Source: Chthoniobacteraceae bacterium
GTDB taxonomy: Bacteria; Verrucomicrobiota; Verrucomicrobiia; Chthoniobacterales; Chthoniobacteraceae
Assembly: GCA_044348365.1 (NCBI GenBank)
Contig: JBIKSY010000001.1
Location: 9,225-73,224 of the forward strand
DNA: 64,000 nt
Direction of reading: 5' to 3'
Of the stretch, positions 36,586 through 45,868 are shown piece after piece. Every line of letters starts with the position of its first letter. The first letter of the stretch is position 1. The notes beneath the pieces are model-generated. The model saw only the letters and a program-made list of their open reading frames with translations. It was not told where the DNA came from and searched no databases. A program made the translations under genes and the position numbers.

Positions 36586-37206
36586 ACGGTAGCGTCCGAG
36601 CAGCTTGCGCGAACGCTCCGCGAGCATGCGCCGCACCTCGCGCCGCGCCCCCTTGACGCGGGGAATCTCCATGTGGTCGTACGCGGTCGTCGCGTGGCGC
36701 ATCCACGCGATGCTCGCCGCCTCGGCCCGCCGCTCGATGGGGATCCGCTCCGTGCGCGCCACCGTGCCGCTTCCCACGGGCACCGCGTGTCGGGCGATTG
36801 CTTCCGCCAACTGCACGGCCAGTGCCAGATGCTCCGGGGCGAACGCAAGAAAGGCCAGCACCGCGGCGGTGAAATCCTCGGCGTACTGCATCTGTTTGAC
36901 CTCTCGTTTGCGGCGGCCCGCCTCCAGTTTGCGGGTGTAGGCGGGATCTTCCCTCTCCACACGGAGCTCCTCCCGGATGACCTCGATCCTCGCAGCCGGC
37001 GCCCAGACGCCGCGCGAAAACATCTTGTTGCCCCGCTTCTCCTGCACCGTCCAACTCGGCCCCGCCTTTTTGACGCGGCCGGTCAGGCCGGGATCGCCGG
37101 GCGGCAGCAGCACCCAGCCTTGGGGCACGGGCAGTACCTCACCTGAGGGGAGGCGGATGGTTTCAGGGCGCGGACCGGGGACGGCAATACGGGTTTGATC
37201 GGGCAC
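36523..37206 (-). CDS. DUF2293 domain protein
   Basis: Conserved core AIARHAVPVGSGTVARTERIPIERRAEAASIAWMRHATTAYDHMEIPRVKGARREVRRML matches DUF2293 as I remember it. Confidence 0.7.
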   Translation of the reverse strand: MPDQTRIAVPGPRPETIRLPSGEVLPVPQGWVLLPPGDPGLTGRVKKAGPSWTVQEKRGNKMFSRGVWAPAARIEVIREELRVEREDPAYTRKLEAGRRKREVKQMQYAEDFTAAVLAFLAFAPEHLALAVQLAEAIARHAVPVGSGTVARTERIPIERRAEAASIAWMRHATTAYDHMEIPRVKGARREVRRMLAERSRKLLGRYRRGEGVPAGECPLLKGLSSAP

Positions 37207-37270
37207 AGCTCGGAGGTACCCAGCCGGAGGGCTGCTGGCAAGCGCGGGCGCCGGACGGTTTGGGCGCGGC

Positions 37271-38980
37271 CTATTCCGACGCGCGCAGGTGCTTGATCTG
37301 CAGCTGCAACGAAACGTTCCCCTGATAGGCGTTCCGCGTCAGCTCGAAGACAACGTCCCACGGCGCAGGCGGAAGGGGTGCGGGCGCATTGAACCAGATC
37401 GCCTTCACGGTGGACTGGCCCTGGCGCAGCTGCACCTGGACGTGCTTTTCCTTGAGGAGCCTGGGCTGGCCCGCCGGTTGTACCCCACGGGCCACCAGCA
37501 GGGGGATCGGGTTCTCCATTCCAAAGGGGCCCAGCTTTTCGTACACGTCCAGCAGCTGTAGCTGGAGCGCCGCCAGTTCTACCTCCAGCTCCGGCGCAAT
37601 CACCTTGCTACGCGGGCCCCGACCCTGTCCGGAAGCGGCTGCGATCCGCTCAAACGCCTCCCGAAACAGCTCGAACGCCTCCAGCCGAAGTGAAAGTCCC
37701 GCGGCCATCTCGTGGCCGCCGCACTTGAGGAGGTGGGCTTCGCAGGCGCGCAGCGCTTCCACCAGACGGAACCCCGCCACCGAACGGCCGCTGCCCTTGC
37801 CCATCCCGTTTTCATCAAACCCGATCACGATGGCGGGCCTGTGGTATTTTTGGACCAACTTGGAGGCCACGATCCCGATCACGCCCGGATGCCACCCCGG
37901 GCCGCCCACCACGATCGAACAGGACTCCGCCCCGTGGGCCGACGCCAAAAGCTGGGCCTCAGCCAGTTGAAAGACCTCCTCGACCACCAGCTTGCGTTGG
38001 TTGTTTTGTTTTTCCAGTGACTGCAGCCGCTCGAAAACCTCGGCGCTCGCCGTCGAAGTCAGCAGCGTGAAGGACTCGTAGGCGGCGCCCAGCCGGCCTG
38101 CGGCGTTGAGGCGTGGCGCCAGCTTGAAGCCGATGTCGGTGGTGCTCGCGGGATGCGTGACTCCGGAGATGTCGAGCAGCGCCTTGAGTCCTGCCCAGCG
38201 GGTGTGCTGGAGCTGGGACAGGCCCTTGTGCACAAGCACGCGGTTGTCCCCGACCAGTGGCACAAGGTCAGCCACCGTGCCCAGGGCCACCAGATCAAGC
38301 GTGTCGCGCAAGTCAATGGCCTCGGTGCGGCGCTTTTTCAAAAGGCCGTGCGCCACCTTGAAGCAGAGTCCCACGGTGCACAGGTACTCGAACGCCCCGT
38401 GGACCTTGGGGTTCACCATCGCCACGCACGCGGGCAGCGCCGCCGCCGGCTCGTGGTGGTCGATGATGAGCACGTCGATTCCCCGCGCGTTGAGCGTGCG
38501 CACCTCCTCCAGCGAGGAAGTGCCGCAGTCCAGCGCCACCAGCAGCCTCGGCTGGTACCGGCTCAGACAGCACTCCAGTCCCTCGGGGGTCAGTCCGTAG
38601 CCTTCCTCGGTCCGGTGGGGGATGTGGCAGTGGACATCGGCGCCCAGCGCCGTGAGCACCTGGTAAAGCAGCACCGAGGAGGTGACGCCGTCCACGTCGT
38701 AGTCGCCAAACAGGAGGACCTGCTCGCGGCGGTCGATGGCGAGGAGCAGCCTGTCCACGGTGGCCTCCATGCCCCCCAGTGCGAAGGGATCCCCGAGGGT
38801 GCCCAGGCGCGGCTCGAGAAACTTCCGCGCGTCCTCGACTGCGGCATAGCCCCGGAGGCAAAGGATTTCCGCCACCAGAAAGGGAAGCCCCAGCTCCGCT
38901 GCAAGACGCTGGACCTGGCTGTGGTCCGGTGCCTGGGGCAGAAGCCACGGTTCCGGCAAGGGGGCGGGGGTGGCCGTCAC
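37271..38980 (-). CDS. recJ: single-stranded-DNA-specific exonuclease RecJ
   Basis: DHH motifs (LLFGDYDVDGVTS, DCGTSS, IIDHH). DHHA1 motif (GGHEMAAGLSL). GTG start at 38980 overlaps the upstream stop (GTGA) and gives 569 aa. The longer listed ORF runs into the desulfurase gene. Confidence 0.85.
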   Translation of the reverse strand: MTATPAPLPEPWLLPQAPDHSQVQRLAAELGLPFLVAEILCLRGYAAVEDARKFLEPRLGTLGDPFALGGMEATVDRLLLAIDRREQVLLFGDYDVDGVTSSVLLYQVLTALGADVHCHIPHRTEEGYGLTPEGLECCLSRYQPRLLVALDCGTSSLEEVRTLNARGIDVLIIDHHEPAAALPACVAMVNPKVHGAFEYLCTVGLCFKVAHGLLKKRRTEAIDLRDTLDLVALGTVADLVPLVGDNRVLVHKGLSQLQHTRWAGLKALLDISGVTHPASTTDIGFKLAPRLNAAGRLGAAYESFTLLTSTASAEVFERLQSLEKQNNQRKLVVEEVFQLAEAQLLASAHGAESCSIVVGGPGWHPGVIGIVASKLVQKYHRPAIVIGFDENGMGKGSGRSVAGFRLVEALRACEAHLLKCGGHEMAAGLSLRLEAFELFREAFERIAAASGQGRGPRSKVIAPELEVELAALQLQLLDVYEKLGPFGMENPIPLLVARGVQPAGQPRLLKEKHVQVQLRQGQSTVKAIWFNAPAPLPPAPWDVVFELTRNAYQGNVSLQLQIKHLRASE

Positions 38981-40128
38981 AGCGCGCGGATCTTGGCGAC
39001 CGCCTTGAGGAGCGCGGCGACTGCGCGGTCGGTTTCGGCCAGCGAGTTGAACTTGGAAAAGGAGAACCTGAGACTGGAACGCGCGTGCGTATCCGAGTGG
39101 CCCATCGCCTTGAGGACGTGGGAAGGGTGTACCGAGCCCGAGGTGCAGGCGGAACCCGCCGAACAGCAAACGCCCTGCTCGTCGAGGAGAAGCAGCAGCG
39201 CCTCGGAATCGATGTTTGCGAAGGCAAGGTTGGTGGTGTTCGGCAGACGATGCACCGGATCGCCGTTGATGGAGGCGCCCGTCACCTCGGCGAGCACGCG
39301 GCCCTCAAAGTGGTCCCTGAGGACCCGCACATGTTCAGCGTCGGCCTGGAGCGTGGTGGCTGCCAGCTCGCAGGCCTTCCCGAAGCCGACGATGGATGCC
39401 ACGTTTTGCGTCCCGCCGCGCTTGCCGTTTTCCTGGCTGCCGCCCACGAGGAAGGGTGAAAAGCGCGTCTTGCGGTTGATGTAGAGCGCACCAACGCCCT
39501 TGGGGCAGTGCAGCTTGTGGCCTGAGAGCGATAGAAACTGGATGTCGGCCTGCTTCATTTGCAGCGGCAGCTTCCCCGCCACCTGCACGGCGTCGCTGTG
39601 AAAGTAGACACCCTTCTCGCGCGCGATGCGCTGCAGTGCGTCGATCGGGAAAAGCGTGCCGGTTTCGTTGTTGGCCCACATCGCGGTGAGCAGGGCGGTG
39701 TCCGGGCGGACGGCCTTCCGGGCCTCCTCGAGGTCGAGCTGCCCCTTGGAATCGACACCGAGCCACGTGATTTCAACGCCCCGCTTGGCGAGGGTCTCGC
39801 ACATCTTGAGCGTGGCGGAGTGCTCGACGCGCGTGGTGACGATGTGCTGGCGGTCGGGATCGGCGGAAAGGACCGAAAGGATGGCGGCGTTGGTGGCCTC
39901 GGTGCCGCAGCTGGTAAAAACAATCTCCTGTGGCTCGCACCCGAGAAGGCCCGCGACCTGGGCGCGGGCGGTTTCCAGAGCGGCGTCAACCTGCTTGCCA
40001 AAGCGGTACGCACTGGAAGGGTTGCCGTAGAGCTCGGTGAGGTAGGGAAGCATGGCCTCCAGGACGGCCGGATCCACACGCGTCGTGGCGTTGTTGTCTA
40101 GATAGATCAGTGAAAGCGGTGCGGTCAT
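38977..40128 (-). CDS. cysteine desulfurase, NifS/IscS-like (class V aminotransferase)
   Basis: YLDNNATT N-terminus, PLP-lysine context SLSGHKLHCPKGVGALY, and active-site Cys loop SAGSACTSG. Confidence 0.85.
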   Translation of the reverse strand: MTAPLSLIYLDNNATTRVDPAVLEAMLPYLTELYGNPSSAYRFGKQVDAALETARAQVAGLLGCEPQEIVFTSCGTEATNAAILSVLSADPDRQHIVTTRVEHSATLKMCETLAKRGVEITWLGVDSKGQLDLEEARKAVRPDTALLTAMWANNETGTLFPIDALQRIAREKGVYFHSDAVQVAGKLPLQMKQADIQFLSLSGHKLHCPKGVGALYINRKTRFSPFLVGGSQENGKRGGTQNVASIVGFGKACELAATTLQADAEHVRVLRDHFEGRVLAEVTGASINGDPVHRLPNTTNLAFANIDSEALLLLLDEQGVCCSAGSACTSGSVHPSHVLKAMGHSDTHARSSLRFSFSKFNSLAETDRAVAALLKAVAKIRAL

Positions 40129-40210
40129 GGAGCCTTAGTGTGCGCTGAATCGGCAACCTTACCGGCAGTCGGGTCCGTGTCCAAGCCGGACTGGAGACGG
40201 GCTAGCGAAT

Positions 40211-41263
40211 TCAATCCTCCCGCCGCGCCTTCTGTTCGATGACACCGTGCCACCCCAGTCCGGGGTAGGTCTCGTACCCCGGAGTTTCTGCAAACCCAAC
40301 AGCGGAACCGTCCAAACCCGCGTAGAAATCTGTCTTAGGCGAACCCGGACCCTTTCGGATCCTAAACTTATCCTGCAAAATGCCCTTGCCGTCAGAACTG
40401 GCGATGATCCGCCCCTCGCGGTCTACGAGCATGCAGCGGGTGAGCTTTTTTTCTTCATCTGTGAGCCGCACCGCGTTCACAACCGCGGCGGCTTGCGTGC
40501 CCCAGTCAAAAAAGATGCCGAGCGCCCCGATGACTTTGCCGTTGGCGCGGCCCCCTTCGCGCACCGCGGTCGAATAAGTCGCCACCTGTTTTCCGCCGAG
40601 ACGGGAAGCCACTTCGATATCCTGCGCAGAATAGTCATCCCCCGAAGCCGTGGCCAAAGCGTCCCGGAACCAGGCCGCCTCGGACACGCTGCTCCCGATG
40701 ACTCCGGGGTAAAGCCCAGGGCGGCCGTTGGCGACAACGTTGCCGTTCAGGTCTGCGATCCACAGGTCCAGGTACACGGTGTAGCTGTTGAGAATGACCC
40801 CGAGACGCTCGGACGCGAACTGCCGCTTTGACTCGTCTGCCAGCGCCAGCGCCTCGACCACCGCCTGATCGGTGGCCCACCACCGCACATCACAGGAACG
40901 CTCGTAGAGGTTCCGGTCGATAATGTCGATCATGTTCAACGCCAGATCCTTCAAGCGCTGCCCCCTAGCCTCGTTGAGCTGGGTCATCATGATCTCGCCC
41001 ACCTTGTTCAGATCAGTGATGGACGAGGCCAAATCCTTGCTCATCTCGTGGGAGATGTCTGAAATCCGGTGCGAAACAGACTTCACCTCCTTTGCCACGA
41101 CCGCAAATCCAACCCCCGCGGAGCCGGCCCTGGAGGCTTCGATCAGCGCGTTCAAGGCGAGGATCCGAATCTCGTGGGTGATCGAGTTAATGGATATCAG
41201 CTTGCGGCTGGCAATAGCGCCCACGTTTTGGGACAGCTCCATTAGTTTCTCGTGTTCAGACAT
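40211..41263 (-). CDS. soluble chemoreceptor-like protein: N-terminal MCP hairpin-tip segment + C-terminal Cache/PDC-like sensor
   Basis: Residues about 20-100 align with the signalling tip of the MCP at 43920-45764 (ILALNALIEASRAGSAGVGFAVVAKEVK vs [28 protein letters not shown]). The remainder resembles a Cache-type domain (DVRWWATDQAVV..., YLDLWIADLNGNVVAN). No TM helix. Confidence 0.7.
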   Translation of the reverse strand: MSEHEKLMELSQNVGAIASRKLISINSITHEIRILALNALIEASRAGSAGVGFAVVAKEVKSVSHRISDISHEMSKDLASSITDLNKVGEIMMTQLNEARGQRLKDLALNMIDIIDRNLYERSCDVRWWATDQAVVEALALADESKRQFASERLGVILNSYTVYLDLWIADLNGNVVANGRPGLYPGVIGSSVSEAAWFRDALATASGDDYSAQDIEVASRLGGKQVATYSTAVREGGRANGKVIGALGIFFDWGTQAAAVVNAVRLTDEEKKLTRCMLVDREGRIIASSDGKGILQDKFRIRKGPGSPKTDFYAGLDGSAVGFAETPGYETYPGLGWHGVIEQKARRED

Positions 41264-41589
41264 AGGACAGGTGCGTGCCTTAGGGACAAAAATTGATTCG
41301 GTTGCGGAGCTTCGGACACGGCATCCATAGGGGCGCTTAAACGTGGCGAAACCGCCGCGAAGGCGCCGTGGATGCCGACCCCCGGCTACAGGGAGTCATG
41401 AATTTCCTGTGTTTACAATATCTTTGCTAGGTCGGTCCGTCGTAATTTAAATTCCCTCCCATCCGGCGTGTCGCCAAGGATGGCAGGGCCCTCGATTCCG
41501 GGGTTGGCGCGCAAAAACGCTGGCTTTGTCGCCTTTTAGTCGCAAATTCATCGGAAGTTACCTTCCGAGCGCTTTTTTCAGAAAAAATC

Positions 41590-42285
41590 ATGTCCACCGC
41601 CGATAACTTACACGCAAAATATAAACTCGCGGCCCCGCCGGAAAACGTCCTGCGTCTGGCGAAACTCGTCCAAGGCGCCTTCGCCAGCAACGCCCAGGAG
41701 ATCGCCACCATCATCAAGGCGGATCCCGCGCTAGCCGCCCGGGTGATCACAGTGGCCACCCGGGGGCGTGATATCGCTATGGACATTGACTCGGCGGTGG
41801 CCCGCATCGGGGTGCATCAGATTACGCTGGTGGTGTTGACCGAGTTGCTCCTGCACGCCGTTAGCAAAACCTTCGCGACCATGTTACAGCTTACCCTCGA
41901 GGCCCGTGAGATTATCGGTGCTCCCGGGGATCAGGTGGTCGGGTGCATCCAGTTCAAAGGCAAGGCCAACGGCCGTGTTTTCCTGCGGATCCCGTCGAAG
42001 GCCGCCGAATGGATCGTACCCCGGTTTTTAGGGAAAGATCTGCCGATGGACCCGGCCGAACTGCTGCCTGACGTTGTGGGTGAGATTCTGAACATCGTCG
42101 GCGGAAACTTCAAATCCAACCTGGTGGACGCTGGTCTGAGCTGCGCGCTCAGCGTACCCCAGGTCGAGACTAGGCCCGGCTTCACCGCTGAGGTCGGCGA
42201 CGAAGAATTCCACCTCGCCCTGCCCTTGGCGACGGAAGGCACGGGACTTTTCCTCGATCTGATCATCTCCCCGATCGCCGGCTAA
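41590..42285 (+). CDS. fusion protein: partial HDOD-like N-domain + CheX-like C-domain
   Basis: N-terminal part: LAKLVQGAFASNAQEIATIIKADPALAARVITVA...AVARIGVHQI (HDOD pattern). C-terminal part: VVGEILNIVGGNFKSNL... (CheX signature helix). Confidence 0.6.
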   Translation: MSTADNLHAKYKLAAPPENVLRLAKLVQGAFASNAQEIATIIKADPALAARVITVATRGRDIAMDIDSAVARIGVHQITLVVLTELLLHAVSKTFATMLQLTLEAREIIGAPGDQVVGCIQFKGKANGRVFLRIPSKAAEWIVPRFLGKDLPMDPAELLPDVVGEILNIVGGNFKSNLVDAGLSCALSVPQVETRPGFTAEVGDEEFHLALPLATEGTGLFLDLIISPIAG

Positions 42286-42302
42286 CTGTACAAATCACAT
42301 TT

Positions 42303-42731
42303 ATGAGCAAAAAGATTCTGACCGTGGATGACAGCAAGATGGTGCGGATGATTGTCACCAGCACCTTTCAAGCGTTTGATTGCGTTGTGGTGGGCGCGGC
42401 GGATGGCGCCGAGGGGGTGGAGGTCGCCTTGAAGGAAAAGCCGGACATCATCTTTTTGGATATCACGATGCCCGTGCTCAACGGGATCGAGACGCTCGCA
42501 AAAATCCGGGCGACCCCGGAAATTGCAGCAATCCCTGTGGTGATGCTCACGGCGGAGTCCGATGGCCAGCGCCTCGGCATGGCGGACCAGCTCAAGGTGA
42601 GCGGCTACATCGCAAAGCCCTTCAAGGGTGAGCAGTTGATCGAACTCACTAAGGGGATTATTCCGCTGGTGTTAAAAGCCGCCCCGCCCAAGGCGCCGGC
42701 ACCCAAGGCTCCCGTGCTTAGGCGACCGTAG
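42303..42731 (+). CDS. single-domain response regulator (CheY-like)
   Basis: ILTVDDS acidic pocket, phospho-acceptor context IIFLDITMPVLNG, and conserved T (MLTAE) and K (IAKPF). Confidence 0.85.
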   Translation: MSKKILTVDDSKMVRMIVTSTFQAFDCVVVGAADGAEGVEVALKEKPDIIFLDITMPVLNGIETLAKIRATPEIAAIPVVMLTAESDGQRLGMADQLKVSGYIAKPFKGEQLIELTKGIIPLVLKAAPPKAPAPKAPVLRRP

Positions 42732-42902
42732 GCGCGCCCCCTTCTCATCAGGCTTCCTGACGGGGAGCCTGTAAATGTTTTACGCAGAAGCAAATTCACA
42801 GATATTACGGACGGGAGGGGTGCAGCAGTCGCAGCGGTGCGACCTGTTGCGGCTGCGGGCCCCTTTACGTTCCCTAAGGAACCAGCAAGAACCTTTTCCC
42901 TT

Positions 42903-43436
42903 ATGAGTTACCCCTCGGAATTAAATTTAGCTTCTGTAAGCGAATGGCTCACGCAGGCCGTTCAAGACGTTTGTGAAACCATGTTTGGCCAGGCTGGATT
43001 TCCGGCCGAACTGCCGGCCGAGAGCGCCCCGACCGGAAGTGTGTTGGTCGCCTGCATTGGAATCCGGGGAAGCTGCCAGCTGGAGGTTGCGATGTATTTC
43101 CCCCAGTCTCTGGCGGGACGCCTCGCCAGCATTTCCCTAGAGACGCCAGCAGGGGAACTTGACGAGAAGATGGTGAATGATGTTGCCGGTGAGTTCAGCA
43201 ATATGGTCGTGGGTGCGGTCAAATCCCGGGTTTCCGATCTAGAAGTACCCTGTTCCATGACGGTTCCCCGCGTCGTGCGTTCCACGCTGGACGCACAGGA
43301 ATCCGCTCAGAAGGTGCAGGCGGCATTGGCCGTCATCCGGGGAAGCGCCGGCCCCCGGAAAGAGGCCTCGCCCGGCCCCAGCCGGCTGGCGTTTCACGTA
43401 GGTGAGGGCCTCCTGTTGGTCGACGTCTACCTGTAA
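42903..43436 (+). CDS. CheX-family chemotaxis phosphatase-like protein
   Basis: Start at MSYPSELN. AVQDVCETMFG N-terminal helix and DVAGEFSNMVVGAVKSRV signature. Confidence 0.65.
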   Translation: MSYPSELNLASVSEWLTQAVQDVCETMFGQAGFPAELPAESAPTGSVLVACIGIRGSCQLEVAMYFPQSLAGRLASISLETPAGELDEKMVNDVAGEFSNMVVGAVKSRVSDLEVPCSMTVPRVVRSTLDAQESAQKVQAALAVIRGSAGPRKEASPGPSRLAFHVGEGLLLVDVYL

Positions 43437-43867
43437 AGTCCGCGGCGCTCCGGGGCGTAAAATGCAGCAGAGAGCGAGATCTTTAACCGGTTGACCAGAT
43501 CTTGGAGTGCGGTCGCCATCCATATATCGAGATAAACTCGGCGCCAGTTGGCGGGTTGCTTTGGGCGCTCCGGACGGTTCTTTGCGCAGTTGGAAATGTG
43601 CTTCGCGAGCTCCTTGCTGCCTGGAGCCGCCCCGCTCGCATTCCGGCCGATCTCTTTGGAGTTGTCGGTCTGTTTTTCCAAAGCGACCGCAATAGCCGTG
43701 TAGAGGTTGCTGATTTGTGTGATGACCGCGCTGCTCTCAGTCGGCGCCAGGACCGCCTTGTCCGTGGCTTCCTGAAATTCCTTGTTGGCTGCAAAGCCCC
43801 GTTTCAGGCGCGTTCCGGACGAGGTGGAACCGCTTCCGCCGGGCGTTTTGCCTTGCGACCAAGCCAA
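43427..43867 (-). CDS. MCP signalling-domain fragment (ascending-helix half only); may be a gene relic
   Basis: [46 protein letters not shown] aligns with [46 protein letters not shown] of the neighbouring MCP. A stop lies immediately upstream of the start. No sensor or TM region. Confidence 0.4.
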   Translation of the reverse strand: MAWSQGKTPGGSGSTSSGTRLKRGFAANKEFQEATDKAVLAPTESSAVITQISNLYTAIAVALEKQTDNSKEIGRNASGAAPGSKELAKHISNCAKNRPERPKQPANWRRVYLDIWMATALQDLVNRLKISLSAAFYAPERRGLYR

Positions 43868-43919
43868 ACATCAAACATCGTCGCTCGTCGCCCTAGATAA
43901 CAAATCAGCAAGCGCAAAC

Positions 43920-45764
43920 ATGATAAACAGGCTTACTTTACGAGGAAAATTCAATCTGCTGATCCTCCTTTTCTCAGCGGGGGCGTTGTTGTTTGGTTTC
44001 GCCGCCCTCCGGACGATTGCAAACGTGAAGGTGAACGGGCCGCACTACGAGGTCATCATCAAGGGGAAGGATCTGCAGGCGGACATCCTCCCGCCGCCCG
44101 CCTACATTCTCGAGTCTTACGCGGTGGCGCTGCAATGTCTCAACGCCGTCACGCCCGAGGCAGTGGCGACGCTTCTGGAAAAGGGGGACTCCCTGCGCAA
44201 GGAATTTACAGACCGCTACACCTACTGGGAAACCCGGCTTCCGGATCCAGCCATGCGCAAGCTGCTCCTCGAGGATGCACGCACTCCGGCGCTCGAGTTT
44301 TTCAAAGTGCGGGATTCACAGTTTAGCGCCGCTCTCAAGGCCGGAGACCGCGAGAAGGCCGGCAAGATTTTCAGCGCCACCCTCCAACCGCTCTACGACA
44401 AACATCTCGCGGCGATCCTCAAACTCGTGGAGAGCGCTAACAAGTTCACCGCCGACGAGGAAGCCAGCGTGGCAAAACTCATCGGCCAAGCCACCGGACT
44501 GCTTCTCCTTTCCATCGGAGCGGTCGTGCTTGTCGTCTTCCTGCTGTCGCGCGCCGTGTCCTCGAGCATCATCGGCACGGTGAAGGGCACTGCGCAGGTC
44601 CTTGATGCTGTCGCCCAAGGAGATTTCAGGCAAAAGCTTGTCCAGAACACGGACGACGAGATGGGACAGATGGCCCGCTCCGTTAACCAGATGGTGGAAT
44701 CCATCCGCTCTGTTTTGTTGGAGGAGGTGGTGGATTGGAAAGTGGTGGCTGAGAACCAGCAAAAGGCGCTTCTCGAGAAAGAAGCGGCCGTTCTTTTGCA
44801 GCAGAAGGCACAGAAGTTGGTGGCGACCGTCACGGCCGCCGCTTCCGGGGATCTGACGCAGTCGGTTGAGGTGGGGGGCTCCGACGCGATCGGCCAGGTC
44901 GGGGAGGGACTGCAAAAGCTTCTGGAGTCTTTCCGGAGCAGCATTCAATCCTTTGCGAGTGCAAGTACCCAGCTTTCTTCCTCCTCGGGGCAAATGTCTC
45001 TGGTGAGTGCTGACATGAGCGCCATTGCGGAGGAAACAGCTGCGCAGTCGACGACCGTGGGGGCCGCCGCCGAGGAGGTCTCCAGAAACCTCCAGACCGT
45101 TGCCGCAGGCGCCGAGGAAATGTCGGCAAGTATCAATGAAATCGCGGGAAATGCGGTGGAGGCGGCGAGGGTTGCCAGCGATGCGGTCAAGATTGCAAGC
45201 TCAACCAACCAGACCATTCTGAAACTGGGAGATTCCAGCGCGGAAATCGGGGAGGTGATCAAGCTGATCACTTCCATCGCCCAGCAAACAAATCTCCTCG
45301 CCCTGAACGCCACGATCGAAGCTGCCCGGGCGGGCGAGTCGGGCAAGGGTTTTGCGGTGGTCGCCAACGAGGTCAAGGAACTCGCCAAGGCCACGACCGA
45401 AGCCGCCGAGGACATCAGCCGGAAGGTGGAGGCAATTCAAACGGATGCTCGGGGCGCGGTGGAAGCAATCGGGCAGATCACCGGAGTGATCGCGCACGTG
45501 AATGAAATCGCCAACCTGATCGCCAACTCTGTGGAGGAGCAGACGGCCACCACCAACGAAATCAGCCACAACGTCACGGAGGCGGCTGCCGGTGGTTCCG
45601 AGATCGCCAGAAACATTGCCGGGGTGGCGACTGCGGCGGAAGCCACCGCCAAGGGGGCGACCGACAGTCAGACAGCAGCGTTGGAGCTTTCCGGCATGGC
45701 TGACGAATTAAAGCATCTCGTGGGCCGCTTCCGTTTCGAGGCCCAGACCGACCGCCTTTCCTAA
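43920..45764 (+). CDS. methyl-accepting chemotaxis protein (TM - periplasmic helical sensor - TM - HAMP - MA domain)
   Basis: ATG 43920 ([27 protein letters not shown]). Second [18 protein letters not shown], then HAMP. Canonical tip [35 protein letters not shown]. Confidence 0.85.
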   Translation: MINRLTLRGKFNLLILLFSAGALLFGFAALRTIANVKVNGPHYEVIIKGKDLQADILPPPAYILESYAVALQCLNAVTPEAVATLLEKGDSLRKEFTDRYTYWETRLPDPAMRKLLLEDARTPALEFFKVRDSQFSAALKAGDREKAGKIFSATLQPLYDKHLAAILKLVESANKFTADEEASVAKLIGQATGLLLLSIGAVVLVVFLLSRAVSSSIIGTVKGTAQVLDAVAQGDFRQKLVQNTDDEMGQMARSVNQMVESIRSVLLEEVVDWKVVAENQQKALLEKEAAVLLQQKAQKLVATVTAAASGDLTQSVEVGGSDAIGQVGEGLQKLLESFRSSIQSFASASTQLSSSSGQMSLVSADMSAIAEETAAQSTTVGAAAEEVSRNLQTVAAGAEEMSASINEIAGNAVEAARVASDAVKIASSTNQTILKLGDSSAEIGEVIKLITSIAQQTNLLALNATIEAARAGESGKGFAVVANEVKELAKATTEAAEDISRKVEAIQTDARGAVEAIGQITGVIAHVNEIANLIANSVEEQTATTNEISHNVTEAAAGGSEIARNIAGVATAAEATAKGATDSQTAALELSGMADELKHLVGRFRFEAQTDRLS

Positions 45765-45868
45765 CCCGCCTCGGAGGCCGGGGGTGTGCGCTCGGATTCG
45801 CTCCGGCAAACTGCACCAGCTGGTGAAGGTCGCCGCGTCGGCCTTCGTCCACTTCGGCCCGCCGTGCT

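Noticed and set aside
38981-39169. 5' extension of recJ into the cysteine desulfurase gene
   Set aside because: It would require a 190-nt out-of-frame overlap. GTG 38980, with a GTGA overlap, gives a canonical 569-aa RecJ.
38153-39484. 443-aa plus-strand ORF, together with the 304-aa minus alternative-frame ORF at 38313-39227, across recJ and the desulfurase gene
   Set aside because: They are opposite to, or out of frame with, genes carrying DHH/DHHA1 and PLP-lysine motifs. No domain content.
41427-41807. 126-aa minus-strand ORF overlapping the start of the HDOD-CheX gene
   Set aside because: It has no motifs and overlaps a gene with recognisable domains; it is likely spurious.
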